Shown here one piece after another: positions 9,961 through 18,241 of a stretch of 60,298 nt of DNA (positions are counted from its first letter, which is position 1; every line of letters starts with the position of its first letter). Position numbers and translations under genes: made by a program. A model generated the notes under the pieces. It saw nothing but the letters and a program-made list of their open reading frames with translations. It did no database searches and was not told the origin of the DNA. The DNA comes from Pseudonocardiaceae bacterium (GTDB lineage: Bacteria; Actinomycetota; Actinomycetes; Mycobacteriales; Pseudonocardiaceae): positions 1 to 60,298 of the forward strand of contig DASYBO010000363.1 of the NCBI GenBank assembly GCA_036500685.1, in the 5' to 3' direction.

Positions 9961-10565
9961 AGCCGCTTCTCCAACAGCGCCCGGCACTCCGGCCATTCCT
10001 CGACGACGACCGAGAACATCGCCGAATCGCGCAGTTGGTCCTCCTCGCCCGGCGCCCACGACTTGGACCAGTTCCGCAGCACGCCCTCGAACCGCGCGCC
10101 AACGGCGGCGAGCGCCGAGCGACAGCGGCCGTTGCGCGCATCGGTCTTCATGTCGACGCGGGCAACACGCCAGTTCTCGAACGCATGCCGGAACAACAGC
10201 AACTTGGCGGCCGAGTTCACACCCGTCCCTTGCGCGGACGCGCCGAGCCAGGTGAAGCCGACCTCGACCGCGCTGAGCCGGTCGCCCTCCGGCCAGAACC
10301 GGGGATCCCAGTAGGCCGTCGCACCGACCGCGCGACCGGTCGAGGTCAACACCTGCGCGTAGGGCGCCATCTTCCCGCTCGCGGCCCGTTCGAGCAGTGC
10401 GTCGATGTACCCGGCGACCTGCTCCGCCCTCGGCACCCAGGTGAACTGGTAGGAACCGCGATCCTCCTCGGCCGCGACAGCCAGATCCGCGGCATGCGCC
10501 TGCGTCAGCGGTTCCAACCGGACCAGTGGCCCGTCGAGTACGGGCGCGTCGAACGGAAAACTCAT
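9945..10565 (-). CDS. GNAT N-acetyltransferase (RimJ/RimL-like)
   Basis: 'VRLEPL', 'VEVGFTWL..SAQGTGVN', 'KTDARN', 'GARFEGVLR'. Confidence 0.9.
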   Translation of the reverse strand: MSFPFDAPVLDGPLVRLEPLTQAHAADLAVAAEEDRGSYQFTWVPRAEQVAGYIDALLERAASGKMAPYAQVLTSTGRAVGATAYWDPRFWPEGDRLSAVEVGFTWLGASAQGTGVNSAAKLLLFRHAFENWRVARVDMKTDARNGRCRSALAAVGARFEGVLRNWSKSWAPGEEDQLRDSAMFSVVVEEWPECRALLEKRLLALS

Positions 10566-10636
10566 CAGACGAGCTTTCCCCAGACGAGCGAACTCGGCCA
10601 GTCTGATCAGATGATGGGAACACACCTTCGAACGGA

Positions 10637-10987
10637 GTGATCAGGGTGGACCTGTACAGCATCATGTGCGTGCGCGACCGGACCAAGGCACTGCCGTGGT
10701 TCGAGGTGTTCTTCGGCCGCCCGGCCGACGTCGTCATCGGCGAGGAGTACCTCTGGCAGGTCGGGGAGAACGCCTGGATCGTCATCGACGATCGGGGCAT
10801 GCGTGCCGAGCGGGTCGGCGGAGCCATGGTCACGTTCGGCGTGACCGACCTCGACGACATCCTGGCCCGCCTCGACGCGCACGGCATCGAGCACGAACCG
10901 GTGGAGACCTACGGCAACGGCGTGCGCCATGTGGTCATCCTCGACCCGGACGGCAACAGCCTGTCGCTCGCCCAGTCGCCAGCCTAG
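10637..10987 (+). CDS. VOC/glyoxalase-family protein
   Basis: 116 aa with 'V.DLD...ARL..HGI' and 'DPDGNSL'. Confidence 0.85.
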   Translation: MIRVDLYSIMCVRDRTKALPWFEVFFGRPADVVIGEEYLWQVGENAWIVIDDRGMRAERVGGAMVTFGVTDLDDILARLDAHGIEHEPVETYGNGVRHVVILDPDGNSLSLAQSPA

Positions 10988-11115
10988 GCGTCCGCCAAGG
11001 CTGATCTACGTCTTTCGTACTAGCAACGTCTCCGCCCACGCGCTGACGACAGCGCACACCGTCGCTCGGCAGTCTGATCAGGACACACGACGCCTGCTGA
11101 CGAGGTGAGGACCGA

Positions 11116-11425
11116 ATGATCGTTGCGCGCGGGCTGACCAAACGCTACGGCCAGGTACGCGCGGTGGACGACCTGTCCTTCGCCGTGCAGCCGGGCGTGG
11201 TGACCGGCTTTCTCGGGCCCAACCGCGCTGGTGGTCATGATCGTGTTCCCGGCGATCATTGAGATCGGCTTGGCCTATGCCAAGGTTTCCCCTTCGATAC
11301 TGCCGTTCCGGGCCGCCGAGTCGTTCGTCGTGTCCGACGGCTGGGCCAAGCCGCTCCCGCTGCTGCTGGTCGCCGGAGTGCTGCTCGGCGCGGGCTGGGT
11401 CAGCCTGCGCCGGCGCGACGCGTGA
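11116..11425 (+). pseudogene. Collapsed ABC transporter operon: ATPase 5' end joined to permease 3' end
   Basis: GAGG RBS, then [36 protein letters not shown], which breaks inside Walker A at ~11224; another frame continues ...LPFRAA...GAGWVSLRRRDA*, a typical ABC-2 permease C-terminus. Confidence 0.85.
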
Positions 11426-11439
11426 GCTCGTGACATAGG

Positions 11440-12633
11440 GTGTCGGGCGTGTTGAACCGGGTGTGGTCCTGGGTGCGGAGCCCGAAGGGTATCCGCATCA
11501 GGGACGTGCTGGTCGCGGCGGTGCTTGCCGCCCTCGCGCCGCAGGAGGCGCACAACACCGCGCTGGGTCTGCTGCCGTCGGGTTCACTCTCGGTGGGAGT
11601 GGCCATCGCCAGCGGGGTCGTCCTGCTGGTGCGCCGCCAGTTCCCGCGCGCGACCGTGGTGGCCTGCGCGGTGGCGTTCATGCTGGTCGGAGTGAACTTC
11701 TCGCTGATGTTCGCCGCCTACTCGATGGCCAACCAGTTGGGCAACCGGCGGTCGACCTGGTGGGTGGCGGGCGGCGCGGCGGCGGTCTCGCTGGTGCCGT
11801 GGGGGCCGGGTGGCGTGCGCAGCATCCTGCTCCCCACCGATCCGGCCGGCATGAGCGTGTTCTTCCTCATCGACGTGACCCTGATCGGCTTTCCTGTCCT
11901 GATCGGACTGTGGCGGGCGCAGCGCCGGGAACTGATCGCGGGCCTGCGCGAACGGGCCGATCAGGCCGAACTGGAACGGGATCTGCGCGCGGCCAACGCG
12001 GTCACCGAGGAACGCACCCGCATCGCGCGCGAACTGCACGACGTCGTCGCTCACCGGGTCAGCCTGATCAACGTGCACGCGGGCGCGATGACCGTCTCCG
12101 CGACCGGTGAACTCGCCGAGTTCGCCGAGCACATCAGGCGCAACAGTGCGACCGCCATGAACGAGATGCGCGAGCTGATGAGCGTGCTGCGCCAAGGCGA
12201 TTCCGCCGACGCCGACTCGGTCCCGCTGCACCCGCAGCCGACCCTGGAGGGCGTGCGCGAGCTGGTCGAGCAGGCGGTGCGGGACGGCCAACGGGTCAGC
12301 GCCGACCTACCCGACCAGCCGCCCGAGCTGCCCGGCGGCACCGCGCGCGCGATCTACTGGCTGGTGCGCGAATCCCTGGTCAACACGGCCAAACACGCGC
12401 CGGGCGCCGAGATCCAGGTTGCTCTCATCGACCGGGACGACGAGGTGGACGTGCGGGTCAGCAACACGGCGGGCGTACCCGAGGCGCTGCGCGCCGCGCC
12501 GCCGCCGCGCTCCGGGTTCGGCCTGCTCGGCATGCGGGAACGGGTGCTGCTCTCCGGCGGCACGCTGTCCGTCGGCCCGACCTCCGAAGGCGGTTTCCTG
12601 GTGTCGGCCGGATTTCCGAAGGAGAGCAGGTGA
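11440..12633 (+). CDS. Membrane sensor histidine kinase (HisKA_3)
   Basis: TM helices, 'EERTRIARELHDVVAH', 'ESLVNTAKHAPG', 'GFGLLGMRERV'. Confidence 0.93.
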   Translation: MSGVLNRVWSWVRSPKGIRIRDVLVAAVLAALAPQEAHNTALGLLPSGSLSVGVAIASGVVLLVRRQFPRATVVACAVAFMLVGVNFSLMFAAYSMANQLGNRRSTWWVAGGAAAVSLVPWGPGGVRSILLPTDPAGMSVFFLIDVTLIGFPVLIGLWRAQRRELIAGLRERADQAELERDLRAANAVTEERTRIARELHDVVAHRVSLINVHAGAMTVSATGELAEFAEHIRRNSATAMNEMRELMSVLRQGDSADADSVPLHPQPTLEGVRELVEQAVRDGQRVSADLPDQPPELPGGTARAIYWLVRESLVNTAKHAPGAEIQVALIDRDDEVDVRVSNTAGVPEALRAAPPPRSGFGLLGMRERVLLSGGTLSVGPTSEGGFLVSAGFPKESR

Positions 12634-13289
12634 ATCAGCCCGTTCGGGTGCTGCTCATGGAGGACGAGGAACTCGTCCGCATCAGCATCAAGATGATCCT
12701 GGAGAGCAGCGGCCGGATCGAGGTGGTCGCCGACCGCGCGGACGGTCTCGGCGCCGTCGATCTGGTGCTCGAACACCGGCCCGACGTCGTCGTCACCGAC
12801 ATCAGGATGCCCATAGTGGACGGTCTCGCGGTCACCCGCGAGGTCCGGGCGCTGCCCGAGCCGCCGCCGGTGCTGCTGCTGACTACGTTCGACCTCGACG
12901 AATACGTCTACGAGGCGCTGGCCGCCGGCGCAGCCGGGTTCCTGCTCAAGGACACCCCACCGCGTGACCTGGTCAGCGGCGTGGAAGTGGTCGCCAACGG
13001 CAACGCGGTGCTGGCGCCCTCGGTGATCAAACGCATGGTCGCGCGGTTCGCGACCGGCGCGGGCGCGCGGAAGGCGAGCGCGTCGAACCGACTCGACGTG
13101 CTCACCGACCGCGAACGCGAAGTGGTGCGGCTGGTGGCCACCGGCGCCAGCAACGCCGACATCGCAGGACGACTGCTGCTCAGCGAGGCCACCGTGAAGG
13201 TGCATGTCCGCCATGCAACGGCAAAGCTGGGCCTGGACAACCGCACCCAACTGGCGATCCTGGTCTACCAGGAGAACGACACGCTCTAA
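12630..13289 (+). CDS. NarL/LuxR-family response regulator
   Basis: 'PDVVVTDIRMP..DG', 'LTDREREV', 'SEATVKVHV'. Confidence 0.95.
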   Translation: MNQPVRVLLMEDEELVRISIKMILESSGRIEVVADRADGLGAVDLVLEHRPDVVVTDIRMPIVDGLAVTREVRALPEPPPVLLLTTFDLDEYVYEALAAGAAGFLLKDTPPRDLVSGVEVVANGNAVLAPSVIKRMVARFATGAGARKASASNRLDVLTDREREVVRLVATGASNADIAGRLLLSEATVKVHVRHATAKLGLDNRTQLAILVYQENDTL

Positions 13290-14824
13290 GCGGCTGCTAC
13301 CAACGGTTCCGGTGCGGCTTGCACGAAGTCCTTGCCGCGAATCAGCATCACCGCGAGGACCGCGCCGACCAGCGCCAGCGCGCCGCCGACCGCGAACAGC
13401 GTGTTCATGCTGGTCGCGAAGCTGCCATGGATGGCGGTGCCGACCTCGTTGCGGAACTGGGCCGGGAACCGCGCGACGGTCTGCCCGACGGTGCCACCCC
13501 GCACCTGACCCGCGATCGCGTCCGCCCTTGCGGCGAGCGTCGGGCTGCCCGCGAGATTGGTGCGCAGGTTGTCGCCGAGCGAGGCCGCGAAGATCGTGCC
13601 GTACACGGCGGTGCCGACCGCGCTGCCGATCTGCCGGAACGTCGTGTTGGATCCCGACGCCATGCCAGACTGCTGATAGTGCACGACGCCGACGGCGGTC
13701 TCGGCCAGCAGCGGGTTGACAAGGCCCGAACCGATGCCGGTCAGGATGAACCCGGCCACCAGTCCGGTCCAAGGGCTGTGCGCGCCCTGCCCGACCATCG
13801 CGAACAGACCGGCCGCGACCAGCAGCAGTCCTACCCCGATGATCCATCGCGCCGGCACGCCCCGACTGGACAGCGTGCCGCCGACGATCGAGAACACCAT
13901 GCTCGCCGCGGACACGACGAACAGCTGCGTGCCGGCGGCCAGCGCGGAGTAGCCAAGCGCGTTCTGCAGGTACAGCACCAGATAGAGCATGAGCGCGTAC
14001 AGCGACCCGTTCATGGCGAACGCCGCCACCGACCCACCGAGGAAAGTGGGGATGCGCAACAGCTTCAGGTCGAACATCGGCCGCAGCACCCGCGACTCGA
14101 TCACGGCGAACACGGCGAGCAGCACCACCGCCGCGACGAGGGAACCGAGCGCGATGTCATCGCCCCAGGAGATCTCACCTGCCCTGATGATCCCGTACAC
14201 CAACGCGACAAGGGCCGCGGTCAGCGTGAGGAAGCCGCCCCAGTCCAGCCGGGCCGACTGCTGAGCCTTGGACTCGGGAGTGGTCAGCACGCAGATCACG
14301 ATCGCGGCGATGCCGATGGGCAGGTTCACCCAGAACACCCCGCGCCAGCCCAGCCAGGACAGGTTGATCAGGCCACCCGCGACCGGGCCGAGCGCTGCCG
14401 CGATACCGGTGACCGCGCCCCACACGCCGAACGCGACACCCCGGTCGCGGCCGTGGAAGTTCGCGGCCAGCAGCGAGAGCGCGGTCGCGAACAGGATTGC
14501 GCCGCCGATGCCCTGCACGGCCCGCGACGCGGTCAGCATCTCCGCGTTTCGTGCCGCAGCGCAGAGCACCGACCCGCCGGTGAACACGATCAATCCGATG
14601 AGGAACAAGCGTTTGCGGCCGTACCGATCGGCCAATGAGCCCGCGCTGAGCAGAAACGCGGCCAGGGTGAGCGCGTAGGCGTCGATCATCCACTGCACGG
14701 TGCTGAACGTGGCGTGCAGGTCGCTCTGGATGTCGGGCAGGACGACGGTGATGATGGTCAGGTCGATGAGCAGCATGAAGGCCGCGATCGACACCACGAT
14801 CAACGTCCACCACTTGCGGTCCAC
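13286..14824 (-). CDS. MFS drug-efflux transporter (DHA2/EmrB-QacA)
   Basis: 'GSLADRYGRKR', 'WRGVFWVNLPIG'; 14-TMS pattern; likely GTG start 14824. Confidence 0.92.
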   Translation of the reverse strand: MDRKWWTLIVVSIAAFMLLIDLTIITVVLPDIQSDLHATFSTVQWMIDAYALTLAAFLLSAGSLADRYGRKRLFLIGLIVFTGGSVLCAAARNAEMLTASRAVQGIGGAILFATALSLLAANFHGRDRGVAFGVWGAVTGIAAALGPVAGGLINLSWLGWRGVFWVNLPIGIAAIVICVLTTPESKAQQSARLDWGGFLTLTAALVALVYGIIRAGEISWGDDIALGSLVAAVVLLAVFAVIESRVLRPMFDLKLLRIPTFLGGSVAAFAMNGSLYALMLYLVLYLQNALGYSALAAGTQLFVVSAASMVFSIVGGTLSSRGVPARWIIGVGLLLVAAGLFAMVGQGAHSPWTGLVAGFILTGIGSGLVNPLLAETAVGVVHYQQSGMASGSNTTFRQIGSAVGTAVYGTIFAASLGDNLRTNLAGSPTLAARADAIAGQVRGGTVGQTVARFPAQFRNEVGTAIHGSFATSMNTLFAVGGALALVGAVLAVMLIRGKDFVQAAPEPLVAAA

Positions 14825-15036
14825 GAGAATCCACTTCCTGTTACGCAGGAGGATCGCGAACCGTGTGAAGAGTCCCGACACCTCCCGACAATGGAACTGT
14901 CAGTTGGTGCCGCGGACGCTGGGTGCGTGTCGTGTGAGTTCTTGCCGCATCCCCAGACGAACCCTGCTGAGGCCTCACGACTTTCCGGCGACGCCAACTT
15001 ATCACGGCGGCGGGCCGATCCCTGCTGTGAGCGCAC

Positions 15037-15909
15037 TCACCAGCGCACGGCACTGAAGTCCGGCGGCCGTGGCGAGAGGGTGGCGATCCTGGCGACCAGA
15101 GCGGCCAGCCGCGCGGCCATCTGCCCGGCGGGCAGATGCTTGCGGTCGCCGTGACCGGGCAGCACCCAGTCGAAACGGAGCCGCGGCGCGGTCCTGGCCA
15201 GCGACGCCGCCAGCTCACGGATCGAGTACCAGGTGACACTCTCCGCGACCTCGAGATCGTCGAGCATCCGCGACCAGTAGAACGAGTCGCCGGTGAAGCA
15301 GTAGGTGTCGTCGGCGACGTAGAGCACGCTGCCCTTGGTGTGTCCGGGCAGCGGATGGGCCAGCACTCCCGGCGCGACCTCGACCGGTTCGAGCCCGCGA
15401 ATGACCTGGTCCGCGTCCGGCCTCGCGTCGAGGTCGTCCTCGTGGATCCACAGCCGGGCCCCGAACCGGTCGGCGTACTGGCGACCGTGCGCGACATGGT
15501 CGCGGTGGGTGAGCAGCACGTCGGTGACCGGCCCCAGCCGCTCGTACCGATCGGCCAGCGCGGAACTCCACCGCGGCGTGTCCACCATCAGGTTTCCGTC
15601 CGCCCGGCGCAGCAGATACGCATTGGCGCCCGCGGTGTGCGTCGAGTTATGTCCACAGTGGAACAGGTGCTCGTCCAGCGCCAGCGGGAACGGATCCAGC
15701 GACGGATGGAGCCTGCCCTCCGCGGGCCGGATCGACCGAGGCGGGCAGGCGAACGCGGCCATTTGTAGCGACCTCAGTTCGGCGTCGGTCTCCGGCTGTC
15801 GAACCACCACCGACCGCCCGTCGACCTCCCTGACCAGTCCGGGCGCGAACTGCCGCGCGACATCGCAGTTGGTGCAGCGGTCATCGACATGCCAGTCGGC
15901 GCGAGTCAT
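15037..15909 (-). CDS. Ferredoxin-like/MBL-fold metallohydrolase fusion
   Basis: N-terminal CTNC...CP; 'THRDH', 'PGHTKGS', 'FTGDS', 'LPGHG'. Confidence 0.85.
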   Translation of the reverse strand: MTRADWHVDDRCTNCDVARQFAPGLVREVDGRSVVVRQPETDAELRSLQMAAFACPPRSIRPAEGRLHPSLDPFPLALDEHLFHCGHNSTHTAGANAYLLRRADGNLMVDTPRWSSALADRYERLGPVTDVLLTHRDHVAHGRQYADRFGARLWIHEDDLDARPDADQVIRGLEPVEVAPGVLAHPLPGHTKGSVLYVADDTYCFTGDSFYWSRMLDDLEVAESVTWYSIRELAASLARTAPRLRFDWVLPGHGDRKHLPAGQMAARLAALVARIATLSPRPPDFSAVRW

Positions 15910-15998
15910 GGAACTCCCCCTGGAAGTTGATGCGGTAATTCAGGTTTACCACCGCCGTCGCCCAGAAAGAAAGTGTTGACTATTCCGTCGACCCCTGC

Positions 15999-16136
15999 TC
16001 GGTAGCGCATTCCCCTTGCCGAACGGACCTCGGCCAACGTCCGATCCGCGATTGAATTAGCCCGTTCATTGCCGGCCCGAATGATGGATCGCACATAAGT
16101 CAAGTCGGTCGCGTATTCGGCGCGTCGCGCGCGGAT
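15999..16136 (-). pseudogene. trpS: Tryptophanyl-tRNA synthetase C-terminal remnant
   Basis: IRARRAEYATDLTYVRSIIRAGNERANSIADRTLAEVRSARGMRY matches the TrpRS terminal helices as I recall them; the codon after Y is CGA, where a TGA stop would be expected. Confidence 0.75.
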
Positions 16137-16144
16137 CGATACCG

Positions 16145-16582
16145 CTATTCCCGCTCGTTGAGGTGCACGTTCTGCGCGGTGACCGGCTGGCCACAATGGT
16201 CGCAGGTCAGTGCGGGATGGGTCCGCGCGCCGCAGGTCTCGTGCGTCCACCCCTTGGCCGAGCCCTCGCCCAGGTATCGGTCGCCCCACTCCATCAGGAC
16301 CACGATCGCCGGGAACAGGTCGAGCCCGGCCTTGGTGAGCCGGTACTCGTAGTCCGCGCGAATCGGCCCGCCCGCATACCGTTCCCGGCTGAGCAGGCCG
16401 GCATCGACCAGCTTGGCCAGCCGGTCGGACAGCGTCGGCCGGGGAACGCCCAACTGCTGCGCGAACTGCGCGTACCGACGCACGCCGAAATACGCCTCGC
16501 GCAGGATCACCATGGTCCAGCGTTCGCTGAGCAGGTTGAGCGCGCGAGTGGCCGAGTCCTCCGCGCGATGCGTGGCGTTCAC
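16145..16582 (-). CDS. HxlR-family winged-helix regulator
   Basis: 'RALNLLSERWTMVILREAYFGVRRY', 'EYRLTKAGLDL', C-terminal H..CG...C..CG; GTG start overlaps the upstream stop. Confidence 0.9.
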   Translation of the reverse strand: MNATHRAEDSATRALNLLSERWTMVILREAYFGVRRYAQFAQQLGVPRPTLSDRLAKLVDAGLLSRERYAGGPIRADYEYRLTKAGLDLFPAIVVLMEWGDRYLGEGSAKGWTHETCGARTHPALTCDHCGQPVTAQNVHLNERE

Positions 16583-17724
16583 AGCTGGGCGACGTCGGCG
16601 GGAAGGCCCAGCAGCAGTTTCCCGGTGGTCTCCCAGATGCCCTGGCTGACCTGGATGTGCGCGGTGATCGTGCTCGCGTCCCGGAACCGTCGCTGCAACG
16701 GCGACTCGTCGTAGATCGCGGTCCCGCCGCCGAGGTCGTACATGGCCCGCGCGACATCGGCGCTCGTCCGAGCCGCATGCGTTGCGGCCAGCCGAAGCCC
16801 GGCCCGCAGCTCGACGTTCACCGCACCCTCCTTCGCGGCCGCCCAGGCATCGTCGATGGCCGAGTAGAACAACGCCCGCGCGGCCCGCAACGACGCCTCC
16901 GCCTGAGCGACGGCGGCCTGCGTCGAGGACTTCTCCGCCAACGTGCGCCGCGCACCGAGAGACTTCTTGTGCCCGGCCAGGTCGAGCAGGTCCGTGATGG
17001 CTCCGCGCGCGTTGCCGAGCGCCACCGCCGCGATGCACAGCGCGAAGTAGCCGAAGATCGGGAACCGGTAGAGCGGCGCGTCCAGCGGCGAGTCGGCCAA
17101 CGACGCCGTCCGCCGGTCCGGCACGAACACGTCCTCGGCCACCGCGTCATGACTGCCGGTTCCGCGCAATCCGGACGTGTGCCAGGTGTCGATCACCCGC
17201 AACTCCGAGGTCGGCATGCCCACCACGCGCATGGTCGGCCCGTCTCCGTCATCGAGCATGCAGCCGCCGAAGAAGTGGTCGGCATGGGTGATCCCGCTGC
17301 AGAACGCCCACCGCCCGGACACCACCAGCCCGCCGTCGACCCGTCGCGCGGTCGCCCTCGGCGCCCACACGCCTGCCGCGATCGCCCCTGGATCACCCAG
17401 CGTCTCGACCGCACCGTCGCTGGGCAGATACGCGCTCAACAGGCTGGTGGTCATCGCGATGGACACGCACCACCCGGTGGCCGCGTCACCGGCCGCGATC
17501 GTCTCCGCGCAGCTCAGCGCCACAGCAGGAGGTGCCTCGGCGCCGCCGATCGCGGCGGGGGCGCCACTGCGCATCAGCCCCGAAGCGCGCAGTTGCTCGA
17601 CCAGTTCCGGCGCGAGGCGGTTGTCCCGCTCGTGTTGCGCCGAGAATCCGGCGGCGACGCCACACAGCTCCTCGGCCGACCGTCGCAGGTCCTGCGCGTC
17701 GACTTGCCCGAGCACACCGGTCAC
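16579..17724 (-). CDS. Acyl-CoA-dehydrogenase-fold flavin-dependent hydroxylase (HsaA-like)
   Basis: 'VSGRWAFCSG', 'DTWHTSGLRGTGSHD', 'SPLQRRFRDA'. Confidence 0.85.
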   Translation of the reverse strand: MTGVLGQVDAQDLRRSAEELCGVAAGFSAQHERDNRLAPELVEQLRASGLMRSGAPAAIGGAEAPPAVALSCAETIAAGDAATGWCVSIAMTTSLLSAYLPSDGAVETLGDPGAIAAGVWAPRATARRVDGGLVVSGRWAFCSGITHADHFFGGCMLDDGDGPTMRVVGMPTSELRVIDTWHTSGLRGTGSHDAVAEDVFVPDRRTASLADSPLDAPLYRFPIFGYFALCIAAVALGNARGAITDLLDLAGHKKSLGARRTLAEKSSTQAAVAQAEASLRAARALFYSAIDDAWAAAKEGAVNVELRAGLRLAATHAARTSADVARAMYDLGGGTAIYDESPLQRRFRDASTITAHIQVSQGIWETTGKLLLGLPADVAQL

Positions 17725-17900
17725 GGCAACCTCCCAGATTCGCTCACCTGACTAGTTCATATTTCTTACCACATGGGCGCGGGTCCGTATACCCCGGTGC
17801 GGCCTGCTCGTCTGTGCCATTATCAGTGCTGGTGGCGAGGGGAACCGAGCGACGTGACGGTGCGTCCCAGGACCGTGGCACGCGACGAGGGGAATTTGCG

Positions 17901-18239
17901 GTGAGCGGCAGCTTCAAGATCGACGACGCGTACGTGGGCAGCCTTGGGCAGCAGTGGGGCAACATGCCCGGCGCGATCAAACAATTCACGGACTACTCGG
18001 CGTTCAACGGCAGTGGTGCTGGTGACCCGCTGACGGCGGCCGACTTCGGGGGCACGCCGAACGCGGCCAAGGCGGCGTCGACGTTCCTTGGCCTGATGCA
18101 GGCGCTGGACACCTCGCTCGGCAAGGTCGGCGACTACTGCCAGGCCATGTCCACCGCGTTCACCCAGTCCTCGAAGTCGTCCAAGGAAACCGACTCGGAC
18201 AACGCGTTCAACGTCACCTCGTCCGGGAAGGATGCCTGA
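17901..18239 (+). CDS. Small WXG100/EspC-like type VII secretion-associated protein (112 aa)
   Basis: GAGGGG RBS + GTG; 'FKID' start, helix-'LTAADFG'-helix layout, size ~100 aa; first gene of the cassette. Confidence 0.6.
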   Translation: MSGSFKIDDAYVGSLGQQWGNMPGAIKQFTDYSAFNGSGAGDPLTAADFGGTPNAAKAASTFLGLMQALDTSLGKVGDYCQAMSTAFTQSSKSSKETDSDNAFNVTSSGKDA

Positions 18240-18241
18240 CC

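Noticed and set aside
14885-15036. Possible riboswitch or leader upstream of the MFS gene
   Set aside because: Only weak hairpins and no recognisable aptamer consensus; an Rfam/Infernal search would be needed.
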